Shown here one piece after another: positions 54,704-63,432 of a DNA stretch of 64,000 bases. The DNA comes from an uncultured delta proteobacterium (GTDB lineage: Bacteria; Myxococcota_A; UBA9160; UBA6930). Both the position numbers and the translations under genes were made by a program. The notes under the pieces were generated by a model, which saw nothing but the letters and a program-made list of their open reading frames with translations, was not told the DNA's origin and did not search any database. Position 1 is the stretch's first letter, and each line of letters starts with the position of its first letter. Location of the stretch: NCBI GenBank assembly GCA_963766175.1, contig CAVXZE010000002.1, positions 204,480 to 268,479 of the forward strand. The letters run 5' to 3'.

Positions 54704-56416
54704 GTGATCGGCATGGGTGACCAGGAATCTTTTGCGTTCGACGGGGCGGCCTCGAAGCGCCCGGCGCAGCCAGCGTCCAAGAGCGCCGACGCGCCCAAGC
54801 CGCGCAAGCCCAGGGCGCGAAAGCCGGCGCCTGGCGACCGCTCCCCCAGCCAGACCCGCATGACGGCCAAGGAGATGGCCGGACGGCAGCGGGACATCTC
54901 CGTCTCGGAGTTCTTCGCCAAGAACCGACACCTGCTCGGATTCGACAACCCCTCGAAGGCGCTTCTGACGACGGTCAAGGAAGGTGTCGACAATTCCCTC
55001 GACGCCTGCGAAGAGGCCGGCGTCATCCCGGAGATCCGCGTCGAGATCGTCCAGCTCGACGAGAACCGCTTCCGGGTCGCCGTCGAGGACAACGGGCCGG
55101 GCATCGTCCGCTCTCAGGTTCCGAAGATCTTCGGGCGGCTGCTCTACGGATCGAAGTTCCACCACCTGCGCCAGAGCCGGGGCCAGCAGGGGATCGGCAT
55201 CAGCGCTGCCGGCATGTACGGGCTCCTCACCACGGGAAAGCCGATCATCATCACCACCCGCACCGGTCCGAAGAAGGCGGCCCATCACTTCGAGCTGGTG
55301 ATCGACACCAAGACCAACGAGCCCAGGGTGAAGCGGGACGACGAGGTGACCTGGGAGAAGGCCCACGGAACCCGCGTCGAGATCGAGCTGGAGGGTGGCT
55401 ACCGCGGTGGCCAGCACTCGGTCGACGCCTACATGCGGCAGATCTCCCTGGCGAATCCCCATGCGAAGCTCACCTTCGTCCCGCCCAAGCCCGAGAAGTA
55501 CGGCGCCGAACACGTCTTCGACCGGGTGACCGACGAGCTGCCGCCCGAGACCGCCGAGATCAAGCCTCACCCCTACGGCGTCGAGCTCGGCGTGTTGATG
55601 CAGATGTTTCGCGACACCAGGGCGCGCAATCTGCGCGGCTGTCTGATGAAGGACTTCTCCCGGGTCTCGAGCCGGATCGCGGAAGAGATCTGCCAGAGGG
55701 CCAAGGTGGCCAGCTCGCGGCGTCCCGGGGAGATGAGTCGCGACGAGTCGGAGAGGGTTCACAAGGCGATCCAAGCCACCAAGATCATGGCGCCGCCGAC
55801 GGACTGCATCGCCCCGATCGGAGAGGAGTTGATCGAGAGCTCCTTGCGGGGGGAGGTCCAGGCCGACTTCTACGCGGCGGTGACGCGGCGCCCGACCGTC
55901 TACCGGGGGAATCCCTTCCTGATCGAAGCCGGTCTCGCCTACGGCGGCGAACTCTCGGCAGACGATCCGGTCACGGTCTTCCGCTTCGCGAATCGCGTCC
56001 CGCTCCAGTACCAGCAGGGCGCCTGCGCGATCACCAAGGGCGTCACAGCCACGGACTGGAAGTCCTACCAGCTCCAGCAACCCCGAGGCGCCCCCCCAGT
56101 CGGTCCCATGTTGTTGATGGTGCACATCGCAAGCGTCTGGGTCCCCTTCACTTCCGAGAGCAAGGAAGCCATCGCCCACTACCCGGAGATCATCAAGGAG
56201 ATCCGCCTGACCCTCCAGGAATGCGGGCGCCGCGTGGCGACCCACATCCGCAAACGGAGGCGCGAGACGGACGAGGCCAAGAAGCTCGCCTACATCGAGA
56301 AATACATCCCGCAGGTGGCCGTCGGGCTCCAGGAGATCCTGGGTTTCCCGGACCGCGAGCGGGACAAGGTAGTCGCCGACCTCACCGATGTGCTAGAGCG
56401 CAGCCGGAGGCTCTGA
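54704..56416 (+). CDS. top6B: DNA topoisomerase VI subunit B (GHKL ATPase plus transducer) with basic N-terminal extension
   Basis: 570 aa (GTG 54704; ATG 54713 is also plausible). Bergerat fold N-box EGVDNSLDA, G1 EDNGPGI, G2 RGQQGIGIS. ISVSEFFAKNRHLLGFDNP is typical of Top6B N-termini. A WKxY motif (TDWKSYQL) is present in the transducer. The first ~55 aa are Lys/Pro/Arg/Ala-rich. Confidence 0.85.
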   Translation: MIGMGDQESFAFDGAASKRPAQPASKSADAPKPRKPRARKPAPGDRSPSQTRMTAKEMAGRQRDISVSEFFAKNRHLLGFDNPSKALLTTVKEGVDNSLDACEEAGVIPEIRVEIVQLDENRFRVAVEDNGPGIVRSQVPKIFGRLLYGSKFHHLRQSRGQQGIGISAAGMYGLLTTGKPIIITTRTGPKKAAHHFELVIDTKTNEPRVKRDDEVTWEKAHGTRVEIELEGGYRGGQHSVDAYMRQISLANPHAKLTFVPPKPEKYGAEHVFDRVTDELPPETAEIKPHPYGVELGVLMQMFRDTRARNLRGCLMKDFSRVSSRIAEEICQRAKVASSRRPGEMSRDESERVHKAIQATKIMAPPTDCIAPIGEELIESSLRGEVQADFYAAVTRRPTVYRGNPFLIEAGLAYGGELSADDPVTVFRFANRVPLQYQQGACAITKGVTATDWKSYQLQQPRGAPPVGPMLLMVHIASVWVPFTSESKEAIAHYPEIIKEIRLTLQECGRRVATHIRKRRRETDEAKKLAYIEKYIPQVAVGLQEILGFPDRERDKVVADLTDVLERSRRL

Positions 56417-56418
56417 CA

Positions 56419-57645
56419 GTGGCGACACGCAAGAAATCCACCCGGGCCAAGGCGACGCCGCGAAAGAACACCCGGAAGAGCACCGCGCGCGTCTCGAAGG
56501 ATGCGGCGCAGCAGCTGGCGAGCGAGGTCGCCAGGCGGAGCCAGGAGCTCGACAAGGTCACCCTGAAGCTGATCCAGGAAACCGCCACTGGCGTCCAGAA
56601 GCACATCCACAAGCACAGGAAGCCGGACCTCTCCTTCCCGATCCGCTCGCTCAGCAACGTCTCCTACTCCCAGGAAAGGGGCTACTTCGAGATCGGCAAG
56701 CAGAGGAAGACCCGTACCCTCACCGTGAACACGGTCAAGAACTTCGCCCAGACCCTTCGCATGATGGGGCTCTCGAAGAACCTGGTGGAGACCAACGACT
56801 TCGCCACCAAACGGGACGCCTACTACCAGAGCAAGAACTGGGAGGAGGCGAAGTTCGACGAGCAGCCCGAATCCGACACGGTGATGGATGACATCGAGGC
56901 GATGTTCTCGATCCAGGGGGTCTCCCGGGAGCAGCTGCGATTCGTTCCGGACGAGAGCTACAACGGCTCCGTAGCCGGACAGCTGATCGTCCTCGACCCC
57001 GACCGGGAGACGGGCGAGATTGAGCGGATCGACTGCACTCGCTTCGGCTCGGGTGCGTACTCGATTCCCTCCTCGGTGGAGCCGCTCTCCTTCGAGACCG
57101 ACGCCCGCTTCATCCTGGCCATCGAGACCGGCGGTATCTTTCAACGCCTCCAGAGCCACAAGTTCTGGCGGACCGCCGACTGCATACTCGTCTCCATGGG
57201 AGGCGTTCCGGCCCGCGCCTGCCGGCGCTTCATTCGCAAGCTCTCGGACGACTGCAAGCTCCCGGTCTACGCCTTCGTGGATTGCGACCCCTACGGCATC
57301 TCGAACATCTACCGCACGCTCAAGGTCGGCTCCGGCAACGCCGCCCACCTGTCGCAGTTCTTCTGTGTGCCCCAGGCCCGCTACCTGGGGGTGACACCGA
57401 GCGACATTCGCGAATACGATCTGCCCACCCATCCGCTACAGGACGTGGACGTGAAGCGCGCCAAGGATGCCCTGAAGAACGATCCCTTCTTCAAGTCCCA
57501 GAAGCCCTGGCAGAAGGCCATCAACGATCTGCTCAAGATGGGGGTGCGCGCGGAGCAGCAGGCCCTCGCCAAGTGGGGCCTCAACTACGTGATCGAGGAG
57601 TACCTGCCCCGCAAGCTGGGCGAACCCGGCAAGTTCCTGCCCTGA
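56419..57645 (+). CDS. top6A: DNA topoisomerase VI subunit A (Spo11 homologue) with basic N-terminal extension
   Basis: 408 aa from GTG 56419, 2 nt after the top6B stop. Catalytic-Tyr context TKRDAYYQS, Toprim Glu in ILAIETGG, DxD in FVDCDPYG. N-terminal tail ATRKKSTRAKATPRKNTRKST. Confidence 0.85.
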   Translation: MATRKKSTRAKATPRKNTRKSTARVSKDAAQQLASEVARRSQELDKVTLKLIQETATGVQKHIHKHRKPDLSFPIRSLSNVSYSQERGYFEIGKQRKTRTLTVNTVKNFAQTLRMMGLSKNLVETNDFATKRDAYYQSKNWEEAKFDEQPESDTVMDDIEAMFSIQGVSREQLRFVPDESYNGSVAGQLIVLDPDRETGEIERIDCTRFGSGAYSIPSSVEPLSFETDARFILAIETGGIFQRLQSHKFWRTADCILVSMGGVPARACRRFIRKLSDDCKLPVYAFVDCDPYGISNIYRTLKVGSGNAAHLSQFFCVPQARYLGVTPSDIREYDLPTHPLQDVDVKRAKDALKNDPFFKSQKPWQKAINDLLKMGVRAEQQALAKWGLNYVIEEYLPRKLGEPGKFLP

Positions 57646-57693
57646 ACCGGTAGAGCACTTCCCGCACTCGGCCGCGGCAGCACCGAACTCGGC

Positions 57694-57855
57694 TCAGAAG
57701 TCCTCTTCGAGCTCCATCTCCTCCGGGTCTCGCCTGGAGCCCTTGAGGGTGAGCGGCGCCCCACAGTAGGTGCAGAAGGCCTCGTCTCCCGGCTTCTCGT
57801 CGCCAGCGATGGGCACGTCGGCGTTGCAGACCGGGCAGCTGAGTTCGGAACGCAT
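57694..57855 (-). CDS. Small zinc-ribbon protein with acidic C-terminus (LysW-like architecture)
   Basis: 53 aa: MRSELSCPVCNADVPIAGDEKPGDEAFCTYCGAPLTLKGSRRDPEEMELEEDF (CxxC...CxxC followed by an acidic tail). High GC3. Confidence 0.45.
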   Translation of the reverse strand: MRSELSCPVCNADVPIAGDEKPGDEAFCTYCGAPLTLKGSRRDPEEMELEEDF

Positions 57856-57943
57856 GACGCCCCAAAGATCGGAGCTCCGGCGAAGGAGCTTGAGGGGTGA
57901 GCGATCCGGTACCATCACGGGATCCCCGATGGAGGGAGGAGAC

Positions 57944-58876
57944 GTGACCCAGCCGATCGCGGAGGTCGCCTTCGCAGCGCTCCTGGGAGCACTGCTGGGA
58001 TTGCCGTTTCGGGCCCTCCACCGCCCCCCTTTGGGCGCGCTGATCGCCCTCGGCGTCGGGATCGGCATCGCCCGGCTGCTGCATGCGCCCTGGGGCTGGT
58101 CGGCGCTGGCGGCGCTCTCGGGCGCCGCGCTCGCTCTCCTGGCGCCTGGGCTCGGCTCGTGGCGGCGCGGGAAGGGGAGCTTCGCGAGTGGGACGGCGGG
58201 CGGCTTCTCCCGAGGCGCTACCGCCCCCGGGCAGATCGCCCGGATCAGACCCTCGGCGCTCCTCGATCCTGCCGATCGCCTGCGCATCGAGGGGGCGGTG
58301 CTGGAGGCGGAGCAGAATACCGCGGGGGAGATCGTGGTGGCGGTGGTCGGCTCCTGCGCCGAGTACGGAAGTGCCGGATGGAGACTGGGTGCGGCCATGG
58401 CGCTGCTCGGCTTCCTGGGAGCGGGGATCTTCGCCACGGAGATCGGCCTCGGGATCCTGCTGGGAGCCCAGGCCGTGGGGCTCGCGCTCGGGCATCTCCT
58501 GGGCCGGATCCAGATCGTCCGGCGCTCCCTGATCTCCGACAGCTTCATGCAGGAGTGCGCCGAACGGCGCGCCTGGAGTGCATTTGCCGAGAACGGGCTG
58601 GCCCGCACGGCAGAACGCACGGGCATCCTGATCTTCGTGGCGCTGTTCGAGCACAGGGTGATCGTTCTGGGCGACGAGGGTGTGGACCGGGTACTCGACC
58701 CGGACGAAAGCTGGGAGGAGGTGGTGGGGCTGCTCCTCGCCGGTGTCCGGGAGAAGCGCGCTGCCGAGGGAATCCTCGCGGCGGTGCGACGCTGCGGGGA
58801 GCTCCTGCAGACACACCTGCCGGCGCCGCCGAAGTCCCTCAATCAGCTGCCGACGGCCCTGATCCTCGAGGATTGA
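57944..58876 (+). CDS. TPM-domain (TLP18.3/Psb32/MOLO-1 family) membrane protein
   Basis: 310 aa from GTG 57944, with a GGAGGGAGGA ribosome-binding site. TPM-like blocks LEAEQNTAGEIVVAVV and ERTGILIFVALFEHRVIVLGDEGV are separated by TM helices. Confidence 0.55.
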   Translation: MTQPIAEVAFAALLGALLGLPFRALHRPPLGALIALGVGIGIARLLHAPWGWSALAALSGAALALLAPGLGSWRRGKGSFASGTAGGFSRGATAPGQIARIRPSALLDPADRLRIEGAVLEAEQNTAGEIVVAVVGSCAEYGSAGWRLGAAMALLGFLGAGIFATEIGLGILLGAQAVGLALGHLLGRIQIVRRSLISDSFMQECAERRAWSAFAENGLARTAERTGILIFVALFEHRVIVLGDEGVDRVLDPDESWEEVVGLLLAGVREKRAAEGILAAVRRCGELLQTHLPAPPKSLNQLPTALILED

Positions 58877-58915
58877 GCGGTGGGCAGGCGGAGGCGGGAC
58901 GGTTACGAGGCGAAG

Positions 58916-59239
58916 ATGCGGCGGCTCCTGGTGACGCTTCTTCTGGTCGCCCTGGCTTCCGTGGGCTGCGCCAGCTACCAGGGGGCGCGACTCTACACGA
59001 GCGGGACCGAGGCCCTGGACCGGGGCGACAACGCCCGTGCCATCGCGGACCTCGAGCGCGCAGCGGAGCTGGTTCCCGATAGGTCCGAGGTCCAGAACCA
59101 CCTGGGCCTGGCCTACGCCGCCGACGGTCGCCACCGCGAGGCGCTGCTCGCCTTCCGGCGCGCGGTGGCACTCGACTGCGGCAACCAGGCCGCCAGGCAC
59201 AACCTCGAAGCCGCCGAGGCCCGCGCGAGCGACCCGTGA
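58916..59239 (+). CDS. Small TPR lipoprotein
   Basis: 107 aa from ATG 58916. Signal MRRLLVTLLLVALASVGC, followed by two to three TPR units (NARAIADLERAAEL..., HLGLAYAADGRHREALLAFRRAVAL). Confidence 0.6.
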   Translation: MRRLLVTLLLVALASVGCASYQGARLYTSGTEALDRGDNARAIADLERAAELVPDRSEVQNHLGLAYAADGRHREALLAFRRAVALDCGNQAARHNLEAAEARASDP

Positions 59240-59303
59240 GGGGCACCCGCCGCGCCGAGACGATCCGCTTGATCCACGGGTCGCCTTTGCGTAGGGTCGG
59301 CGC

Positions 59304-59732
59304 ATGGCTCACGAACTTGAGCAGCGGGCACTCGCCAGCTACCTCGACGACAACCGACTCAAACACACCAAGCAGCGTCGGGCGATCCTGGAGGTGTTTC
59401 TCGACACCCAAGGTCACGTCACCAGCGAGGATCTCTTCAGGAAGGTTCGCGAGATCTATCCCCACATCGGATACACGACCGTCTATCGGACCATGAAGAT
59501 CCTGTGTGATGCCGGTCTCGCCAGCGAACGCCACTTCGACAACGGTGCGACCTGCTACGAGATCGAACACGAGCATCACGACCACCTGGTCTGCGTGCGA
59601 TGCGGAAAGATCATCGAGTTCGAATGCTCGATGATCGAGGGCGCCCAGAACGACATCGTGAAGCGCTACGGCTTCCGCCTGCTGCGGCACCGCCATGAGC
59701 TCTACGGCTACTGCCCCGCCTGCCAGGGCTAG
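59304..59732 (+). CDS. fur: Fur-family transcriptional regulator
   Basis: 142 aa. wHTH TKQRRAILEVF...TTVYRTMKIL. Metal sites HEHHDHLVCVRCG and CPAC. TAGGGT lies 6 nt upstream of the ATG. Metal specificity (Fur, Zur or PerR) is unknown. Confidence 0.8.
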   Translation: MAHELEQRALASYLDDNRLKHTKQRRAILEVFLDTQGHVTSEDLFRKVREIYPHIGYTTVYRTMKILCDAGLASERHFDNGATCYEIEHEHHDHLVCVRCGKIIEFECSMIEGAQNDIVKRYGFRLLRHRHELYGYCPACQG

Positions 59733-59761
59733 AGGCGCACTGCTCACCAGCTTGCGCCGCG

Positions 59762-60610
59762 TCAGTCCCCGGTGACGCGTACGTGGGCAATGACCGGAAG
59801 GTGGTCCGAAGCCCGTCTGGCAGCGGGGCTGATGTGGGCCTCCATTCTGCCGACCGTGGCGCCCCGGGCGTAGACGCGATCCAGAGCGAGGACGGGCCGG
59901 GAGGCGGGAAATGTGCGAGGCCAGGTGAGCTCGGCGCCGCCCACCATCTCGCGCTCGAGCGTCCGGGTCGCCTTGCAGCGCCGCCAGGCGTTCATGTCTC
60001 CCAGCAACACCACCGCGCCCTGGAGCTGGGGATGCTCGAGAATCGACCGCACCTGACGACGGCGGGTGCGGTCGACCAGGGCCAGGTGTGTCGATACCAC
60101 CGAGAGCGGGCCGTGCTCTCCCGGAAACTGGGCCGCCAAGGCGGAGCGGCGCTCCACCCGGGAGAAGGAGAGGTCGAGACTGAAGACGCTGGTGATGGGC
60201 CAACGAGAGAGGATCGCATTCCCGACCTCACCGCGGCGATGCACCCGGGTCGCCACGAAGGCGAGGTGCAGGTGGAGGGCATCCGCCAGGCGCTCGAGGG
60301 GATCTTCCACGTCGAAGGGACGCAGAACTTCCTGGAGCGCGATCACGTCGGCGGCGAGCTCCGAGATCACGAATCCCGCCCGGGCCGGATCGGGCCTTCG
60401 GGTGCCATTCGGTCCCGCCCAGCGGTGGACGTTGTAGCTCGCCACGGTGATGTCTCGACCCATCGCCTTGGCCTTGGGAAAGGTGGGAGCCTTCACCAAG
60501 GCCAGGTAGGGAATCGCCGCCGCGAGGGCGTCCTTTCGCGCCGCAGCGCGCTCGCGGTCTGCACGGGTCTTCCGACCCACTCTATTTCGTGCGGGCATGG
60601 TATTGGTCAT
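59762..60610 (-). CDS. Endonuclease/exonuclease/phosphatase (EEP) family protein
   Basis: 282 aa from ATG 60610. VASYNVH, ALQEV, GDMN and the C-terminal SDHLPV motif. Confidence 0.7.
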   Translation of the reverse strand: MTNTMPARNRVGRKTRADRERAAARKDALAAAIPYLALVKAPTFPKAKAMGRDITVASYNVHRWAGPNGTRRPDPARAGFVISELAADVIALQEVLRPFDVEDPLERLADALHLHLAFVATRVHRRGEVGNAILSRWPITSVFSLDLSFSRVERRSALAAQFPGEHGPLSVVSTHLALVDRTRRRQVRSILEHPQLQGAVVLLGDMNAWRRCKATRTLEREMVGGAELTWPRTFPASRPVLALDRVYARGATVGRMEAHISPAARRASDHLPVIAHVRVTGD

Positions 60611-60840
60611 CGACCCCCGACGAGGAACAGTCAAGGGCGAATTTGCTGGGAGATGATCTTCACCCCTCCCCCGAGGATCATAGCGGACCCGCCGGGTTCG
60701 CGGGAAACCCCCCACGTCGATCGAGGATCTCCCGCCGCCTGGTGGAGTGATCGCGCACCACCGATAGATTCCCGGGCGCCTTCTGTTCCAGCGCGCAGGA
60801 CGAAGTGGGCAGCTGTCGGTAGGCTCTAGGTAGATGCCCG

Positions 60841-62277
60841 GTGAAGCTCGACAAGGTGAATGACTTCCTGCGCAGCGTCTCCCCAGCCGACCCCAAGGAC
60901 GAGCTCGGTCGTTTTCCCGTCTGGGAAGCCGACGCCGTGGATGAGGCGGTTCGCCGCGCCGGCGCGGCCTTTCCGGCTTGGCGGGATGCCGGCTTCGAAG
61001 CCCGGGCCGCCGCGATCCGCCGGTTCCGCGACCTGGTCGGAGCGCGCCGGGAGGAGCTGGCAGAGCTGATCGCCCGAGAGGTGGGCAAGGCGATCTGGGA
61101 GGCGCGAGTCGAGGCCGAGCTGCTGCCGGCGAAGGCCGACCTCACCCTGACCGAGGGGATGCGCTTCACCCAACCGATCCGGGGGGCGGCGAACGCATGG
61201 GCAAGCTTTCATCCGCGCGGAGTGCTCGCGGTACTCGGCCCCTTCAATTCTCCCGCCGACCTCCCCAGCGGCCACATCATTCCGGCGCTGGCAACGGGAA
61301 ACGCGGTCGTGTTCAAGCCCAGCGAGATGGCTCCGGCGGTGGGCGACTGGATGGCTCGGCTCTGGCGGGACGCCGGGCTGCCGCTGGGAGTTCTCGAGAT
61401 CGTACAGGGGCGCGCCGAAACCGGACGCCAGCTCGCCCTGCATCGGGGGGTGGACGGGATCCTCTTCACGGGATCCTACGCCGTCGGCCGTTCCATCCAG
61501 GAAGAGCTCTTGGACCAGCCGGGCAAGATCCTCGCCCTGGAGATGGGCGGCAAGAACGCCATGATCGTGCTCGAAGACGCCGAGCTGGATCTCGCCGTCT
61601 CCGAGGCGGCGATTTCGATCTGCGCCACCACCGGCCAGCGTTGCTCCTCGCTGAGCCGCATCTTCGTCGAGGATTCGCGGATGGAGGAGTTCGCCGCTCG
61701 TCTCTCCCGCGTTCTCGCCGGCGTCCGCATCGGGCCTCCACTGGAGCCCGACGTCTTCATGGGACCCCTGATCTCCCGTTCCGCCTTCGAGAAGGTGATG
61801 GGCTACCGCGGCCAGGCCGTCGCGGCCGGGGGCGAACGCATCTTCCGCGGCGAGATGGACCGGCTGGCCCCCTACATCGCTCCATCTCTGGTCCGCTTCG
61901 GGAAGGCGGAGCAGAGCCATCCCTATCAGCGGGACGAGATCCTCGGCCCAGAAGCGGCCCTGTATCCCGTGGGCGGACTCGACGCGGCGATCGTGGCGGT
62001 AAACGACGCGGACTACGGACTCGCCGCGTCCGTCATGAGCCGGGATCGATCGAAATTCGAGCACTGCATCGGGCGCATCCGAACCGGCGTCCTCAACTGG
62101 AACCGGGGAACCATCGGCGCCAGTGGGAGGCTTCCCTTCGGTGGCGCTGGGCGAAGCGGAAACGACAGTCCCGCGGGCATCCTCTCGACGATCTACTGCA
62201 CCTACCCGCAGGCCCACCTGGAGAACGACGCCGGCTTCGACCCGGAGAGCCTGCCCCGGGGCATGCCGCGGCCGTGA
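60841..62277 (+). CDS. NAD-dependent aldehyde dehydrogenase (succinylglutamate-semialdehyde dehydrogenase-like)
   Basis: 478 aa, GTG start. FKPSE, catalytic Glu in LEMGGKN, catalytic Cys in GQRCSS, and a C-terminal LPFGGAGRSGN as in AstD-type enzymes. Confidence 0.8.
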   Translation: MKLDKVNDFLRSVSPADPKDELGRFPVWEADAVDEAVRRAGAAFPAWRDAGFEARAAAIRRFRDLVGARREELAELIAREVGKAIWEARVEAELLPAKADLTLTEGMRFTQPIRGAANAWASFHPRGVLAVLGPFNSPADLPSGHIIPALATGNAVVFKPSEMAPAVGDWMARLWRDAGLPLGVLEIVQGRAETGRQLALHRGVDGILFTGSYAVGRSIQEELLDQPGKILALEMGGKNAMIVLEDAELDLAVSEAAISICATTGQRCSSLSRIFVEDSRMEEFAARLSRVLAGVRIGPPLEPDVFMGPLISRSAFEKVMGYRGQAVAAGGERIFRGEMDRLAPYIAPSLVRFGKAEQSHPYQRDEILGPEAALYPVGGLDAAIVAVNDADYGLAASVMSRDRSKFEHCIGRIRTGVLNWNRGTIGASGRLPFGGAGRSGNDSPAGILSTIYCTYPQAHLENDAGFDPESLPRGMPRP

Positions 62278-62304
62278 GCGGCCGCTGGACCGCGGCGGCT
62301 CACA

Positions 62305-62769
62305 CTACCGAAGCACGCCCCGACTGGTGAGAGAAGCCCGTAGACCCTCCACCCTGCGTCGGTTGACTCCGAGGTCGGAGTGACCCAGACGTGATGCGGA
62401 GCGGATCGCAATGATCTCCTCGCCGGGCCGAAGCTGAAGCTCGAGGTCATCTACGAAGCCGAAGAGCGCGCTTCGGCACTCCGCGTGGAGGTAGTCCGGA
62501 GTTTCCTTCAGGATGCGGCTGCGAGGCAATTCCGAAACGGCCTCCAGGACGGATCGCCAGGCCTCGGCGGGAGAGACGGCAAGCTGAAGAGGCGCCACCC
62601 GGTGGCTGCTGTCGCGCGCGTCGCTCGAGACGCAGTTCGGCGAGGACGGGCAGGGAGCCAGACCGGTATCCGAGACTCCGAGGTTCGAAGGGCGTTTGCC
62701 AGCGCAGGAAAGAAGAGGCATGGGAGTAAGCAGGAGGACTGCCCCGATGACGAGGGTCCTGAGCGTCAA
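62305..62769 (-). CDS. DUF1499-family lipoprotein
   Basis: 154 aa from TTG 62769, with a TTGA overlap with the upstream gene. Signal ...LLLTPMPLLSCAG. Motif CPSSPNCVSS is typical of DUF1499. Confidence 0.65.
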   Translation of the reverse strand: MTLRTLVIGAVLLLTPMPLLSCAGKRPSNLGVSDTGLAPCPSSPNCVSSDARDSSHRVAPLQLAVSPAEAWRSVLEAVSELPRSRILKETPDYLHAECRSALFGFVDDLELQLRPGEEIIAIRSASRLGHSDLGVNRRRVEGLRASLTSRGVLR

Positions 62770-63302
62770 TCTGACTCCTCGAGGTTTCGACCCGGCAGCC
62801 GGCACCTTCGCCAGTATAGACAAGCGGCCAGCAAGAGCCCGTAACACACGGCCTCTATGGCGAGAATCTGCAGACTGGCGAGGTCCGGCGGCGAGCCCCT
62901 TTGCAGCACATGAAACCAGGGAACAGAAAGGTTCAACGCTGCGTCGCTGACCGGCCAGAAGATGCGGATTCCATGACCGTGGCTGTAGAACGAGTCCAGC
63001 AGCAGGTGACTCAGCCAGGCGGCCGCGCCTCCAGCCACGAGCCACCGCCAGGCTGCTTCGCCACGCCGCGCCCCGGAGTGGATCAGCAGGCCAGCCACGA
63101 CGGCCACCAGAGCCAGATTGACGAAGAGGCTGTGGCTCACCCGATAGCTGTAGTGGCCCCAGAACGGGAGGGGAAGATCTGGAAGGTTGGCCACGAGGGT
63201 CAATGCGGCGAACGCAGCGATCTTCTCCTTCCGCTCCCAGCTCCTGGGCACGACCAGCGCGGCGATGGACAGACCCGTCAGGCAATGCCCCACAGACGTC
63301 AT
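62766..63302 (-). CDS. Membrane-bound metal-dependent hydrolase (YdjM/DUF457-like)
   Basis: 178 aa, multi-TM. N-terminal MTSVGHCLTG and a His-rich LLDSFYSHGHGIRIFWP. Confidence 0.6.
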   Translation of the reverse strand: MTSVGHCLTGLSIAALVVPRSWERKEKIAAFAALTLVANLPDLPLPFWGHYSYRVSHSLFVNLALVAVVAGLLIHSGARRGEAAWRWLVAGGAAAWLSHLLLDSFYSHGHGIRIFWPVSDAALNLSVPWFHVLQRGSPPDLASLQILAIEAVCYGLLLAACLYWRRCRLPGRNLEESD

Positions 63303-63432
63303 CGAGTCGAGATTATCGCAGGGCGATCCGGGTCCAAAACAACGGTCTCTTGCAGCTCAAGCGGCGAATGGCTCAGCGGATCGGGATTTGGGATCCTTTT
63401 TGGCTCGCCACGCTGGCCCACGGGAGAACCCC

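Noticed and set aside
59240-59303. Fur box in front of fur
   Set aside because: I found no AT-rich GATAATGATAATCATTATC-like palindrome in the 64-nt upstream region, only a -10-like TAGGGT.
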